A model generated the notes under the pieces. The model saw nothing but the letters and a program-made list of their open reading frames with translations, searched no databases and was not told the origin of the DNA. A stretch of 64,000 bases of DNA, from contig NC_043021.1 of the NCBI RefSeq assembly GCF_006345805.1, positions 28,830,001-28,894,000 of the forward strand, given 5' to 3'. Shown here piece after piece: positions 50,377 through 64,000 of the stretch. The translations under genes were made by a program, and so were the position numbers. Source of the DNA: Octopus sinensis (lineage: Eukaryota). How positions within the stretch are numbered: the first letter of the stretch is position 1; each line of letters begins with the position of its first letter.

Positions 50377-53300
50377 TTCCTGTGTAGAGGCCATCTTGCA
50401 CCGGCAGACGGGGAGCTAACCAATGGCAGTAATGGGCGACGAGAAAATCCCTTTCAGACGGTCACCTATGCAGATCAGCCACAACACTCCTTGGTAGTCT
50501 GGACCCCTTGGGTTGCGACGGTCACCTAGAGCGTGACTATCCAGCGTGACTATCAGACCCACAAGCTTACGGGTCTGATTTTTTTATATTACGGGTCTGA
50601 CCACGTCGCTGTATTTACCCTATGCATATCTCCACAGACTCCCGGCGACTGACGGCATCGGGAATTTACGGGATGGACCACGTCAGTGTATCGACCGCGT
50701 GAATCTCGTGACAGCCTTACGGCATCGGTCGCTGGTACGTCCACGTGTACGTTGGCGATACCGTGACCTTAGGTTCGTTCTTTCGATTCCGGTAACGTTA
50801 GCGCGGCGGAGCAACGGGCGACAGGCACAGGCCTCTCACGGGTGGCCCCGCGGCGCGTAGACGAACGCAGAAAGCAAGGTGGCATGAAGGCAAGGGGCCA
50901 GCCGTTGCGCTGACGGCGTCTTGGGCTGGTGTCTCCGGCATCATGCCGAACGATCACCGAGACATCCACCTGCCGACTGCTAGCCCTCAAGATAGTCTGG
51001 ACCCCCTTGGTGGGTGACGGTCACCTACAGCGTGATTATCCAGCGTGGGCCGACCCGTCAGCTCACGGGACTGTTTCCGTTAACTTACGGTTCGAACCTG
51101 GTCGTTGTATTTACCCAGTGCATATCGCCACAGACTCCTGGCGACTGACGGGATCGGTAACGGCTACCATGCTCGATATCGAAAGATCGACCAGAAGCTC
51201 GCATTATCGCCCACGTACAAGTGGACGTAGCCGCGACTGATGCCGGAATTATGTCATGAGATACAAGCGGTCGATACAGCGACGTGTTCCTTAGCGCAAA
51301 TTCCCGAAAGATGACAACTGCGGCTAGTATAGTTATGAGCCGCGCTACTGTTCCCGATATAGAAAGAAGGAATCGAAGCTCGCGGTTTCACCCACGTACA
51401 CGTGGACGTAGCCGCGACCGATCACGTTAGTCGCCGAGAGTCTGTGGCGATATGCACCTGGTAAACACAACGACGTAGTCCGACCCGTGACTTGACGGAA
51501 ACAGATCCTTTCGCTGACGCGTCGGCCCACGCTGGATAGTCACGCTCCAGGTGACCGTTGCACCCCAAGGGGGTCCAGACTATATTGAGCGCTAGCATCG
51601 GAAGGTGGATGTCTCCGGCATCGTTCGTCAAGACGCCTGACACGTCAGCCTAAGACGCCGTCAGCCCGTCGGGTGGCCGCCGCCTTCACGCTATCTTGCT
51701 TTCCCTGTTCGACTACGCGCCGCGGCTCTGCCAGCGACAGGCCTTCGCCTGTCGCCCGTTTCTCCGCCGCGCTACCGTGCCCGATATCGAAAGAACGAAC
51801 CTAAGCTGGTGGTATTGCCCACGTAACAGCGGCTAATCTAGGTAGGAGCCGATCGCAGCAGGCCTGCGCCAGTCGCCTGGAGCTCCGCCGCTCTACCGTG
51901 CTCGATATACAAAGAACAAATCGAAGCTAGCGGTATCGCCCACGTACACTAGGATGCAGCCGGGACCGATCCCGTCAGTCGCCGAGAGTCTGTTGGGATA
52001 TTCACCTGGTAAATACAACGACGTGGTCCGACCCGTAAGTTAACGGAAAACGGCCCACGCTGGATCGTCACGCTCTAGTTGACCGTCGCACCCTAAGGGG
52101 GTCCAGACTAAATTAAGGACTAAATTAAGGGCAGGTGGATGTCTCGGGGATCATTCGACAAGATGCCTGACACGTCAGCCTAAGAAGCCGTGAGCCTGTC
52201 GGGTGGCCGCGGCCTTCACACCAACTTGCTTTCCCGTTTCGACTAATCACCGCAGCGCCGCCAGTGTCAGGCCTGCTCGGGACACCCGTTGTTCCGCCGG
52301 CCACCGTGCACGATATCGAAACAACGAGACTATGCTCGCGTTATCGCCCACGTACTCGTGGACGTAGCTGCCACTGTTGCCGGCAGGCTGTCACGAGATA
52401 CAAGCGGTCGATACAGCGACGTGTTCCATCGCGAAAATTCCCGAAAGATAACAACTGTGGCCAGTATAGTTAGGGGCGGCCTGCGTCAGGCCTGCGCCAG
52501 TCGCCCGGAGCTCCGCTTCGCTACCGTGTCCGTATCGAAAGAACGAACCGAAGCTAACGGTATCGCCCACGTACGCGTGGACGTACCCGCGACCGATGTC
52601 GGAAGGCTGTCAAGAGATGCAAGAGGTCGAAACAGCGACGTGTTCCATCGTAAAAATTCCCGAAAGATAACAACTGTGGCTAGTACAGTCAGGGGCGGCC
52701 TGCGTCAGGCTTGCGCCAGTCCCCCGCACCTCCGCCTCACTACCGTGTCCGTATCGAAAGAACGAACCTAAGCGAGCGGTATCGCCCACGTACACGTGAA
52801 CGTAGCGTCGACCGATGTCCGTCCCGTAAATTCCCGGAAATTACAATTGCGGCTAGTATATATAGGGGTCGGCAGCGGTATGGTTGCGCCAGGCCTGCGC
52901 CAGTCGCCCGGATCTCCGCCGCGCAACCGTGCCCGATCTAGTAAAACCTATTCGAAGCACGCGGTATCACAAACGTGCACGTGGACGTAGCCGAAACCGA
53001 TCCCTTCAGTCGCCGAGAGTCTGTGGCGATATGCACCGGGTAAATACAACGATGTGGTCCGACCCGTAAGTCAACGGAAACAGACCCGTGAGCATACGGG
53101 TCGGCCCACGCTGGATAGTCACGCTGCAGGTGAGCGTTGCACCCCAAGGGTGTCCAGATTGTATTCAGTGCTAGCAGTCGGCAGGTGGATGTCTCCCACA
53201 TCGTTCGTCAAGGTGCCTGACACGTCAGCCTAAGACGCCGTCAGCCCGTCGGGCGGTCACCGCCTTCGCGCCAACTTGCTTTCACCTTTCGACAACACGC

Positions 53301-56016
53301 AGTGGCGCCGCCAGCGGCAGGTTTGCGCCAGTCGCCCATTGCTCCGCCGCGTTACCGTGACCTATATCGAAAGAACGAACCTAAGCTAGCGGTATCGCCC
53401 ACGTACGCGAGGACGTCGCCGCGACCGATGCCTGATCTCTGTCACGAAATACAAGCGGTCGATACAGCGACGTGTTCCTTAGCGTAAATTCCTGAGAGAT
53501 GACAACTGCGGCTAATATAGGTAGGAGCTGAAAGCGGCAGCCCTGCGCCAGTCGCACGGAGCTCCGCCGCGTTACCGTGCCCGATATAGAAAGAACGAAT
53601 CGAAGCTAGCGGTATCGCCCACTTACACGTGGACGTAGCCGCGACCGATCCCGTCAGTTGCCGGGAGTTTGCTGCGATATTCACCTGGTAAATACAACGA
53701 CGTGTTCCGACCCGTAAGTTAACGGAAAACGACACGTGAGCTAACGGGTCGGCCCATACTGGATAGTCAGGCTCTAGTTGACCGTCGCACCCCAAGGGGG
53801 TCCAGACTATATTGAGGGCTAGCAGTTGCCAGGTTGATGTCTCCGTTCTTCTTCTCGGCGCGGGACCGCCGGCGACAGGCCAGCACCGGACGCCCGTTGC
53901 TCCGCGACGCTAGCGTGCCCGATATTGAAAGAACGAACCGTATCTCGCGGTATCGCCCACTTACACGTGGACGTACCCTCGACCGATGCCGGAAGTCTGT
54001 CACGTGATACAAGCGGTCGAGACAGTGACGTGGTCCGTCCCATAAATTCCTGAAAGATGACAACTGCAGCTAGTATAGGTAGGAGCCGCAAGAGGTGGGG
54101 TTGCGCCATGCTTTCCCTGTTCGACTACGCGCCGCGGGCTCGCCAGCAGCAGGCCTGCGCCGGTCGCCCGTTGCTCCGCCGCGTTACCGTGCGCAATATC
54201 GAAAGCAAGAACCGAACCCCGCGGTATCGCCCACGTACGAGTGGACATAGCCCCGACCGATGCCGGAACTCTGTCACGAGATACATGCGGTCGATACAGG
54301 GACGTGTTCCTTAGCGTAAATTCCCGAAAGATGAGAACTGCGGCTAGTATTGGAAAGATCCGACAGCGGCAGGCCTGCGACAGTCGCCCGGAGATCCACC
54401 GCTCTACCGTCCCCGATATAGAAAAACGAATCGAAACTTGCGGTATCGCCCACGTACACGTGGACGTAGCCGCGACCGATCCCGTCAGTCGCCGACAGTC
54501 TGTGGTGATATGCACATGGTAAATACAACGACGTGGTCAGACCCGTAAGTTAACGGAAACAGACTCGTTAGCTGACGGGTCGGCCCAGGCTTGATAGTCA
54601 CGCTCTAGGTGACCGTCGCACCCCAATGGGGTCTAGACTATATTCAGGGCTAGCAGTCGGCAAGTGGATGTCTCCGGCCGTTCGTCAAGATGCCTGACAC
54701 GTCAGCCTAAGACGACGTTAGTTCGGTGGGGTGGGGTGGGGGGCACCGACTTCACGCCGCCTTGCTTTCACCGTTCGACTATGCGCCATGGGGCCGCCAA
54801 CGGCAGGCCTGCGCCGGTCTCCCGTTGCTCCACCGCGCTACCGTGCTAGAGGTATCGCCCACCTACACGTGGACATACCCTCGACCGGTGCCGGAAGGCT
54901 GTCACGAGATACAAGCGGTCGATACAGCGGTGTGTTCTTTCGCGTAAATTCCCGAAAGATGACAATTGAGGCTAGTATAGTTAGGGGCCGACAGCGGCAG
55001 GCCTGCGCCAATCGCCCGGTGGTCCGTCTCGAAACCGTGCCCGATCTAGTAAGAACGAATCGAAGCTCGCGGTATCGCCCATATAGCCGCTACCGATCCC
55101 GTCAGTCGCCAGGAGTCTGTGGCGATATGCACCGGCTAAATACAACGACCAGGTCCGACCCGTAAGTTAACGGAAACAGTCCCGTGAGCTGACGCGTCGG
55201 CCTTCGCTGGATAGTCACGCTCTAGGTAACCGTTGCACCCAAAAGGGTCCAGACTATATTGAGGGCTAGCAGTCGGAAGGTGGATTTCTCGGGGATCGTT
55301 CGGCATGATGCCGGAGACCTCAGCCTAAGATGCCGTCAGCCCAACGGCTGGCCGCTTGCCTTCACGCCACCTTGCTTTCTCCGTTCGTCAACGCACCGCG
55401 GGGCCGCCGGCGACAGGCCTGTGCCGGTCGCCCGTTGCTCCGCCGCGCTAACGTTACCGAAATCGAAAGAACGGACCTACGCTCGGGAAATCGCCCACAT
55501 ACATGTGGACGTACCCGCGACCGATGCCGTAAGGTTGTCACGAAATACACGCGGTCGCAACTCTGACGTGGTCCATCCCCTAATTTCCCGATGCCGTCAG
55601 TCGCCGGGCGTCTGTGACGATATGCACCGGGTAAATACGGCGACGTGGTCCGACCCGTAATATAAAACAATCAGACCCGTAAGCTTGGGGGTCGGCCCCC
55701 GCTGGATAGTCACGCTCTAGGTGACAGTCGCATCCCAAGGGGGTCCAGACTACTATGTAGGGTTGTGGCTGAACGGCATATGTGACCGTCTGAAAGGGAT
55801 TTTCTCGTCGCCCATTTCTGCCAATGGTTAGCTCCCCGTTTGCCGGTGCAAGATCGACTCTACACGGCTGGCGCGTCATCGAATTTCCGCCGCCACACCG
55901 CCCGCTTTTCAGACGCAGCGTTTGCCCGCCTTCGCCCGCCTTTTGACGCTCGCCTTCGCCCGCATCTTCACGTTCGCCTTCGCCCGCCTCTGGACGTCCG
56001 CCCTTGCCCGCCTCTT

Positions 56017-56625
56017 GATGTCGCTTTTTGATCCTTCGTTGTCGGCTCTTCCTATCATTGCGAGGCAGAATTCGCAAAGCGTTGGATTGTTCACCCACTA
56101 ACAGGGAATGTGAGCTGAGTTTAGACCGTCGTGAGGCAGGTTTGTTTTATCCTACCGATGCATCGCGCGTACGCGGCGCCCCGAATCGCGTCTGGGTTCT
56201 CCGCGTGCGGCTAAGGCGGCGGCGCACTCGCGCGTCGTCCGTCATGGCTGCCGCCGACGCTTCTCCGGCCGACCTTAGGTGGGCGTCGGCAACGTCAACT
56301 CGTTTACGGTTATCCCGTCTAGTACGAGAGGAACCGCGTGATTAGAGCAACGGTTCGCTCACTCGCTCGATAGAGCGATGGTGCCAGGCTGCGTCTGAGC
56401 GATAACGGCTGAACGCCTCTAAGCCGAGTTGTTTTCCAAAAACGTCTCATGGCTTAGCTGGGCGTTCGCCGTCCGCCCGTCGCGTTCGCGTGGCGAGCGG
56501 CAGCGTCGTCGGCGGAATTGCCATTTGGGAATGCCGGCGGCGGTGACTCCGTCGTCGTCGTCTACGCGGCCCGCTCCGACTCGTTCGAAGAGATCGAGAC
56601 GAAAGGGATCGCTTGCAGACGATTC
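56017..56625 (+). rRNA. 28S rRNA fragment (PTC to near the 3' end), pseudogene
   Basis: Paralog of about 46350-46965; intact sarcin-ricin loop AGTACGAGAGGAAC at 56321-56334. Confidence 0.93.
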
Positions 56626-58807
56626 GAGAAGGCTGTCACGAGATGCAAGCGGTCGATACGGCGACGTGTTCCTTTGCGTAAATTGCCGAAAGATGACAAC
56701 TGTGGTTAGTATAGGTAGGGGCCACCAGCGGCAGGCCTGCGCCAGTCGCCCGGATCTCCGTCGCGCTACCGTGCCCGATATGGAAAGAACGAACCTAAGC
56801 TAGCGGTATCGCCCACGAACATGTGGACGTACCCGCGACAGATACCGGAAGGCTGTCATGAGATACAAGCGGTCGATACAGCGACGTGTTCCTTCGCGTA
56901 AATTCCCGAAAATGACAACTGCGGCTAGTATAGGTAGGGGCCGCCAGTGGTACAGTTGCACCAGGCCTGCGCCAGTCGCCCGGAGCTCCGCCGCGTTACC
57001 GTGCCCGATCTAGTAAAACCGAATCGAAGCTCGCGGTATCACAAACGTACACGTGGACGTACCCGCGACCGATCCCTTCAGTCGCCGGGAGTCTATGGCG
57101 ATATGCATAGGGTAAATACAACGATGAGGTCCAACCCGTAAGTCAACGGAAACAGACCCGTGTGCTTACGGGTCGGCCCACGCTGGATAGTCACGCTCCA
57201 GGTGACCGTCGCCAGTCGCCTTGGGCTCCGCCGCGTTAGCGTGCCCAAAATCGAAAGAACGAACCTAAGCTAGCGGTATCGCACACTTACACGTGCACGT
57301 ACCCGCGACCGATCCCTTCAGGCGCCGGGAGTCTATGGCGATATGCACCAGGTAAATACAGCGATGTGGTCCGACACGTAAGTCAATGGAAACAGACCCG
57401 TGAGCTTACGGGTCGGCACACACTGGATAGTCACGCTCCAGGTGACCGTCGCAACCCAAGGGTGTTCAGAGTATATTGATTGCTAGCAGTCGGCAGGTGG
57501 ACGTCTCCGGCATCACACGTCAGCCTAAGACGCCGTCAGCCCGTCGGATGGCCACCGCCTTCACGCCATCTTGCTTTCACCTTTCGACTACGCGCCGCGG
57601 CGCCACCAGCGGCAGGCCTGCGCCGGTCACCCGTTGCTCTGCCGCGCTACCGTGCCCGATATCGAAAGAACGAACCTAAGGTAGCGGTATCGCCCACGTA
57701 CACGTGGACGTACTGGCGACCGATGCCGGATCTCTGTCACGAAATACACGCGGTCGATACAGCGACGTGGTCCGTCCCGTAATTTCCTGAAAGATGACAA
57801 CTGCGGCTAGTATAGGTAGGGGCTGCCAGCGGCAGGCCTGCGCCAGTTACCCGAAGCTCCGTCTCGCTAGCGTGCATGATTTAGTAAAAACAAATCGAAG
57901 CTAGCAGTACCGCCTATGCACACGTGTACGTAGCCGCGACCGATCCCGTCAGTCGCCGAGAGTCTGTGGCGATATGCACCGGGTAAACACAACGATGTGG
58001 TTCGACCCATAGATTAACGGAAACAGACCCTTTAGTTGACGCGTCGGCCCACGCTGGATAGTCACAGTCTAGGTGACCGTCGCACCCCAAGGGGTTCCAG
58101 ATTATATTTGAGGGCTAGCAATCGTTAGATGATGTCTCCGGTATCGTTTGGCATGATGTCTGAAACGTCGGCCTGAGAAACTTGAGCCCGGCCGGTGACC
58201 AGCGCTTTAATGCCACCTCGCTTTGCTTGTTCGCCTGCGCCAGGCCTGCTCCAGTCGCCAGGAGCTCCGCCGCGTTACCGTGCCCGATATAAAAAGAGCG
58301 AATCGAAGCTAGCGGTATCGCCCACGTACACATGGACGTAGCCGCGACCAATCCCGTCATTCGCCGGGAGTCTGTTGCAATATGCACCTGGTAAATACAA
58401 CGACGTGGTTCGACCCCTAAGTTAACGGAAAACGACTCGTGAGCTTACGGGTCGGCCCACGCTGGATAGTCAGGCTCTAGTTGACCGTCGCACCCCAAGG
58501 GGGTCCAGACTAGCAGTCGGCATGTGGATGTCTCTGGGATCGTTCGGTAAGATGCGTGAGACATCAGCCTAAGACGCCGTTAGCCCGGCGGGTGGTCGCC
58601 GCCTTCACGCCGCCTTACTTTCACCGTTAGATTACGCGCCGCGGGGCCGCAAGCAGCAGGCCGGCGCCGGTCGCCGAGAGTCTCACAAAACTGACACAAA
58701 ACAAACAAAACACTTATAAAAGACACTCGAGAAGACACACAAAACACCCAAAAAACAATTAAAAAACGCACAAAACATATATATATGTATATATATGTGT
58801 ATATATA

Positions 58808-59562
58808 TACTAGCAGCATAACCCGGCGTTGCCCGGGTATGTAAGAGCCCCTAGTAGGCAACGACTAATCCCAATCTAGGGAACGAAGGCGCATGTGTAG
58901 GTCTTCTCTTCACTCCCAAATAACTATCAAACAGCTATCGATAATTCAACCCAACCAATTCCTACCAGGAAGAAATTACATTCGACACTTTACCCCCAAC
59001 ACCGCCACTTCTGCTAATAGCTGCTGCAGCTGCAAGTTATTCGAATACTTTTTTTGTCTACACTTTCTTTATAACTACCACCCCAAGCGTTTTACCTTAA
59101 ATTTTTGACGTACCCTAAGGGTCCTCGGACGCTACTTGCAAACTCTTGGTTTATTATAAACCGCTTTTGTCGTGTGCACCAAAAAAACCTTTTCCATTCG
59201 TTTGTTCAGTTTGGTCACTTTTGACTTTTTCGTTGTTGTCACTCACATTGCTGCCCGCTTTTTTGCCGTTTTTGTACATTTTTATACATTTTGGGATACT
59301 TACCCCACGTGTTCCGAGAGTTAAAAAGGTCGTGTTGCGTCCCCTAAACAGTCTGTAGAAAATGTGTTGCATATAAAAAGCTTAGATTCTCGACCCATGT
59401 CGAATTTATGTATTTTTTTTCAGAACTGGGGGAACTTTTCAAAATTTTCGCTGCGTTAGTTTTGAATTATGACATTGGGCTATGTGTGTGTCAAGTTTCA
59501 TCAGAATCGGTTGAAAGCCGTGGTCAGACACACAGACAGACAAACTGCCGTTTATATATAGA
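58808..59562 (+). mobile_element. Putative non-autonomous Helitron/Helentron-like element
   Basis: Starts TACTAG followed by hairpin ACCCGG-CGTTGC-CCGGGT; ends AAGTTTCATCAGAATCGG...CAGACAGACAAAC..TTTATATATAGA. This resembles the HINE/DINE-1-type layout as I recall it; no coding capacity. Confidence 0.55.
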
Positions 59563-59571
59563 GAGATATAC

Positions 59572-59648
<77 letters not shown>

Positions 59649-59982
59649 ATATATATATATATATACATATATGTATATATGTATATATATATTATATATA
59701 TATATATATATATGACCTCCCTTGTTCGAAGGTTATAATGGATACAGATCGTGTATCAATAGCTATCTTAAGGCGGTGGCCTCATGGAGCTGACCAGCGG
59801 CAGCGATTATTCTTATATCTATAAGAATGCCATATTAATATGGCGATAACAATTAATTTCCAGTAAACGCTGCCGTAATCTCTTTTATAGAGACTTAGTA
59901 ATTTTAATATTTCTACTATATATATGTATATATATATATACATACATACATATGTATGTATGTATATATATATACATATATG

Positions 59983-60028
<46 letters not shown>

Positions 60029-60030
60029 TG

Positions 60031-60062
<32 letters not shown>

Positions 60063-60190
60063 CATATATATATATATAATATATATATATATACATATAT
60101 GTATATACATACATATATGTATATATACATACATATATGTTAATATATACATATATGTATATATAATATATATATATATATACATATATG

Positions 60191-60222
<32 letters not shown>

Positions 60223-60314
60223 CATTTATGTATATAAATAAATATATATACATATATATATATATATATACATACATATATGTATATATACATACATATA
60301 TGTTAATATATACA

Positions 60315-60357
<43 letters not shown>

Positions 60358-60703
60358 TTATGTATATAAATAAATATATATACATATATGTATATGTACA
60401 TACATATATGTATATATACATACATATACGTATATATACATACATATATGTATATATATATATACATACATATATGTATATATATATATACATACATATA
60501 TGCATATATATATACATACATATATACATATATACATACATATATTTATATATATACATACATATATGTATATATATATATATACATATATGTATATATA
60601 TACATACATACATGTATATATACATACATATATGTATATATATACATATATGTATATATATATATATACATACATATATGTATATATATATATGTATATA
60701 TAT

Positions 60704-60754
<51 letters not shown>

Positions 60755-60778
60755 CATATAGAGACTTAGTAATTTTAA

Positions 60779-60813
<35 letters not shown>
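59563..60813. repeat. (TA)n/(TACA)n microsatellite with a ~200-bp unique insert (59714-59912)
   Basis: Direct inspection. Confidence 0.95.
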
Positions 60814-60815
<2 letters not shown>

Positions 60816-63800
60816 CGTAGAAAGGTTTTGGCCAGTATTGGCCCAGGCCATGTCTAACTTAAATAGCACCACCTGGCGAAGTCTTTCAATTCAGGATTTG
60901 GGCACCGAGGCCCATTCGAGCTGAGAGTTATTGTTTGCGGAGACATATCCGGGTGTGGGTGGTTTGTCCGGGACTGTTTGAAGGAATTTGTCCAAAGACT
61001 TCTTGAATTATGTGTGGTCAGTTTCTGTTTTGATGTGTCCTGGTGTAATGTTGAAGAGAGCGGGTCCAATTGAGGTGAAATAATTGTGCCGTATTGTCGT
61101 TATGTGATGCGATTTAGATTTTTGCTGTGGACGGATGGCACGTGTTCCAAGCCTTGGATGTATTTTGAAGGTGATGCCAACATCATTCGGACAGTGCTGA
61201 TGGAATATTTTCCATATCATACAGATAATGTAGCGTTCACTGCGTCGTTGGAGTGAATACAGTTTCAGCTTCTCTAGTCTACCCCAGTAGTCAAGGTCTG
61301 ACATGCCATCTATCTTTTTTGTGATTGACTTTGGGGAGCTTCAATTCTCATAACATTTTGTTTTGTGTATGGAGACCACAATGGACAGCAGTATTCAAGG
61401 TGGGGTCGGGCAAAAGTGGAGAAGAGAAGGATAATAGTGTGGAAATCTCTCGACTGGAAGGTTCTGAGAATCCAGGAACACATTCTGCGGGCCATGTCAA
61501 CTTTGCTGCTTATATGTGTAGCCCAGCTTATGTTGTTGTCCACTGTTACTCCCAAGTCTCTGATGTTGTTGGACGCCATGAGAATTTCTCCAGAAGGAAG
61601 GGAGTATGGGAGTTTCAGAGCGTCCTCCCTTCCAAAGTGGATCAGTTCGAATTTGTATTCGTTTAGCAACATGTTGTTCTTTTCCGCCCATTGGACAACA
61701 GCCAGTAGGTCTGACTGAAGGCTTATTCGGTCATCCACGCCATTGATGACCTTCTGGAGTTTGGAATCATCAGCGAAGGTTCTGATGTTAGTGTGTTTGA
61801 TGGTGTCAGTAATATCATTTATGTAGATGATGAAGAGAAGTGGGCCCAACACAGTGCCTTGTGGGACACCACTGCTGACTTTGGCTGGGCTGGATTTGAC
61901 TCCTTCGACTACAACATGTTGGGTTCTGTTAGACAGGAAGCACTTCATCCACTGTAGCAGCTTTCCAGTGACACTAATATTGGACAGCTTTTTCAAAAGG
62001 GTCTTATGATCAACCCTGTCAAAGGCCTTGCTGAAATCAAGGTAGATGACATCAGTGTTGGAACCCTCTCCCAAGGCTCTCAAAATGTCATCAAAATGAT
62101 GCAGTAGTTACGTCAGGCAATCTCTTCCATTACGGAATCCATGCTGGTTGGAGTTCAGCATATTATGACTCTCAAGGAAGTGAGTCATATGCGATCTCAG
62201 CACTCTCTCAAATACCTTAATGATATGAGAGGTGAGTGAGATTGGACGGTAATTCACGGCATGCGATTTGTTTCCTTTTTTGAAAACTGGGACAACAGAC
62301 TGGGATAGAAGGTCTTCTGGTATATATCCAGCATCCAGTGAGTTCCGCCACAGATTGGCTAGAGGGGGTGCAAGTTGGTTTTGACACATCTTCAAGACAC
62401 AAGCAGGGAACCTATCGGGACCTACTGCTGAATTATGCTTCATTTCCTTTATTACTGCTAAGACATCAGGAGCGCCAAAGGTTATGTCCGATAAAGTGTA
62501 TTGGGGAGTAACATCACTGATACAGCCCAGATCAGTCATATCAGGATTGCTGAAAACAGAGCAATATTGTTTCTGCAATATCTCTCCCATGGTTTTGGCA
62601 TTGTCTTGAAGAGTACCATTTTCATCAATCAGAGGGCCAACAGTAGAACCAGTGACTGTGTTTTTTTGCAAATGAAAAGAACACTTTGGGATTGAGTTTG
62701 ATCTTCTCAATGGCCCAGGCCTCTTCAGCTCTTTGCTGACTATTGATGATAGACATCATGTTGTTTTGGAGTTTATGTTTTTTAATCTCTAGCGACGAGA
62801 TGGCAGTCAGGTTGGTGTGTTGCTGTTGACAGTATTTCAGTATGTTGATCTTTTTGTTGATTCTTTTAATTTTCCTTATGAGAGATTTTCTATTTCTAGG
62901 GATTCGACACTTAGATTTGTTTACAGATCTTAATGGGGTGTGTTTTGCACATATGTTCGTAATGGTGTCTACAAATGACTGCCAGGACTTTTTGATGTTA
63001 GTGGGTGTGTATGTGTGCGTGAAGGACCAATCGACTTGTGCAAGATCATTATTGATCGCTTCCCAGTTTGCATTGTGGAAATCCATAGTGTCAAATGGAT
63101 GAACAGGAGGGATGACATTTGTTTTGCATTTTGGCCGGTGAAATCTCAGATCACAGAGAACCATGTCATGATCAGAGAGTAGGGTTTTCTCCACTGCAAT
63201 ATTGTGGATAGTATCAGTGCGATTGCTGAAAATTAAGTCTAAGACGTTTTTATGACATCTCCTTGGTTCGAGCACCAGTTGGGACAGGAAGAAATCATCC
63301 ATGAAGTCAAGAAGCGATTCCACTGCCTCCCTGTCAGGGGTTGAGAGAGAAGAACCTGGCGGCAGACTGTTTGTAGACCAGTCAACCCCGGGAAGGTTGA
63401 AGTCTCCCATCATTAAAATGTTGTCAGGTTGACACTGCTGAATGAAACACTTTATATTGTTGAGGCATTCCTTGAAGCATGGTAGGGGCGTTTTGGGTGG
63501 TCTGTAGAGCCCAACTACTGTTAAGTTGTTGGTTTGACTGAATACAGTGACTGCTTCACAGTATCCATTGGAAAATATGTTCATAGCTTCTGTTGAGAAA
63601 GAATCATGAACATAAATGGCAGTCCCACCCTTTCTTCTGCCAGCACGATCAGCACGAATGGCTTTGAAATTTTTAACTTTCACCTCGGCTTCCAAGTGAA
63701 GGTTACTAAGATGGGTTTCAGTGAGGACGAAGAAAGGGATGTGGTTTGGATGGGCATCGACCCAGTCCTCCAGGAATTTTATCTTCCATTTTTGAGTATT

Positions 63801-63905
63801 GGTGGAAGGGCTGATGCCTTGGGCATTAAGCAAAAATGTTGAGGCGAGAGTGGATGGTTTTAATTGTTTTGGTGATTTGTTTATTTGATTGCTTTTTAAT
63901 GGCAT
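60814..63905 (-). mobile_element. CR1/L2-group LINE ORF2 (endonuclease plus RT), fragmented, with 3' end
   Basis: LLNAQG, LTETHL, DRAGRRKGGTAIY, YRPP, MGDFNLP, LDLIF, SDHD; GPDRF, YRPISLTS, QHGFR, YLDFSKAFD, GVPQGTVLGP, FADDSK, YWGRLEKLKLYSLQRR. Frameshifts near 62650 and 61310 and a stop near 62108. Confidence 0.94.
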
Positions 63906-64000
63906 GTGCAGTGGGGTGATTGTGGTGGATGGTGGTGGGTGATAGCTCGGAAGTTTTTTCCAGTTCTTTTGCTAGATTTATTATAGCTAAAAAAGAGGAA

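Larger units (their letters stand above)
44179..58680. repeat. GC-rich modular tandem mosaic (~220-bp A units, ~340-440-bp B units), interrupted by rDNA fragments
   Basis: Core CACGTACACGTGGACGTA(C/G)CCGCGACCGAT occurs roughly 30-35 times by eye; B units carry GACCGTCGCACCCCAAGGGGGTCCAGACT. Confidence 0.93.

Noticed and set aside
44236-58861. Numerous 60-185 aa Arg-rich ORFs in the GC-rich mosaic and rDNA
   Set aside because: Expected by chance at high GC; frames are not conserved between repeat copies; no recognisable domains.

Overview
Eukaryotic (metazoan) repeat-only window; I found no credible host protein-coding gene. The TTAGGG-type telomere repeat, heavy (TA)n load and a GC-rich, expansion-laden 28S rDNA suggest an invertebrate, possibly a cephalopod such as Octopus (inference, not proven). 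Left to right: (TA)n microsatellites carrying a decayed Penelope-like GIY-YIG fragment; a ~478-bp tandem/inverted array in which each complete unit carries a minimal type I hammerhead ribozyme motif, plus two unrelated solo hammerhead-like motifs; several decayed CR1/L2-group LINEs; a 16-kb 34-bp satellite with embedded palindromic cores (foldback-like); 141-bp and 15-bp satellites; a near full-length CR1-like LINE whose (TAAC)7 tail runs into a 4.75-kb degenerate (CCCTAA)n tract; a 14.5-kb GC-rich modular repeat mosaic with three 28S rDNA pseudogene fragments; a putative non-autonomous Helitron-like element; and a final LINE. Most long ORFs in the supplied track are artefacts of simple repeats. 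Scattered single-base indels suggest residual long-read error, so some frameshifts and junctions may be assembly artefacts. All alignments and folds were done by eye.
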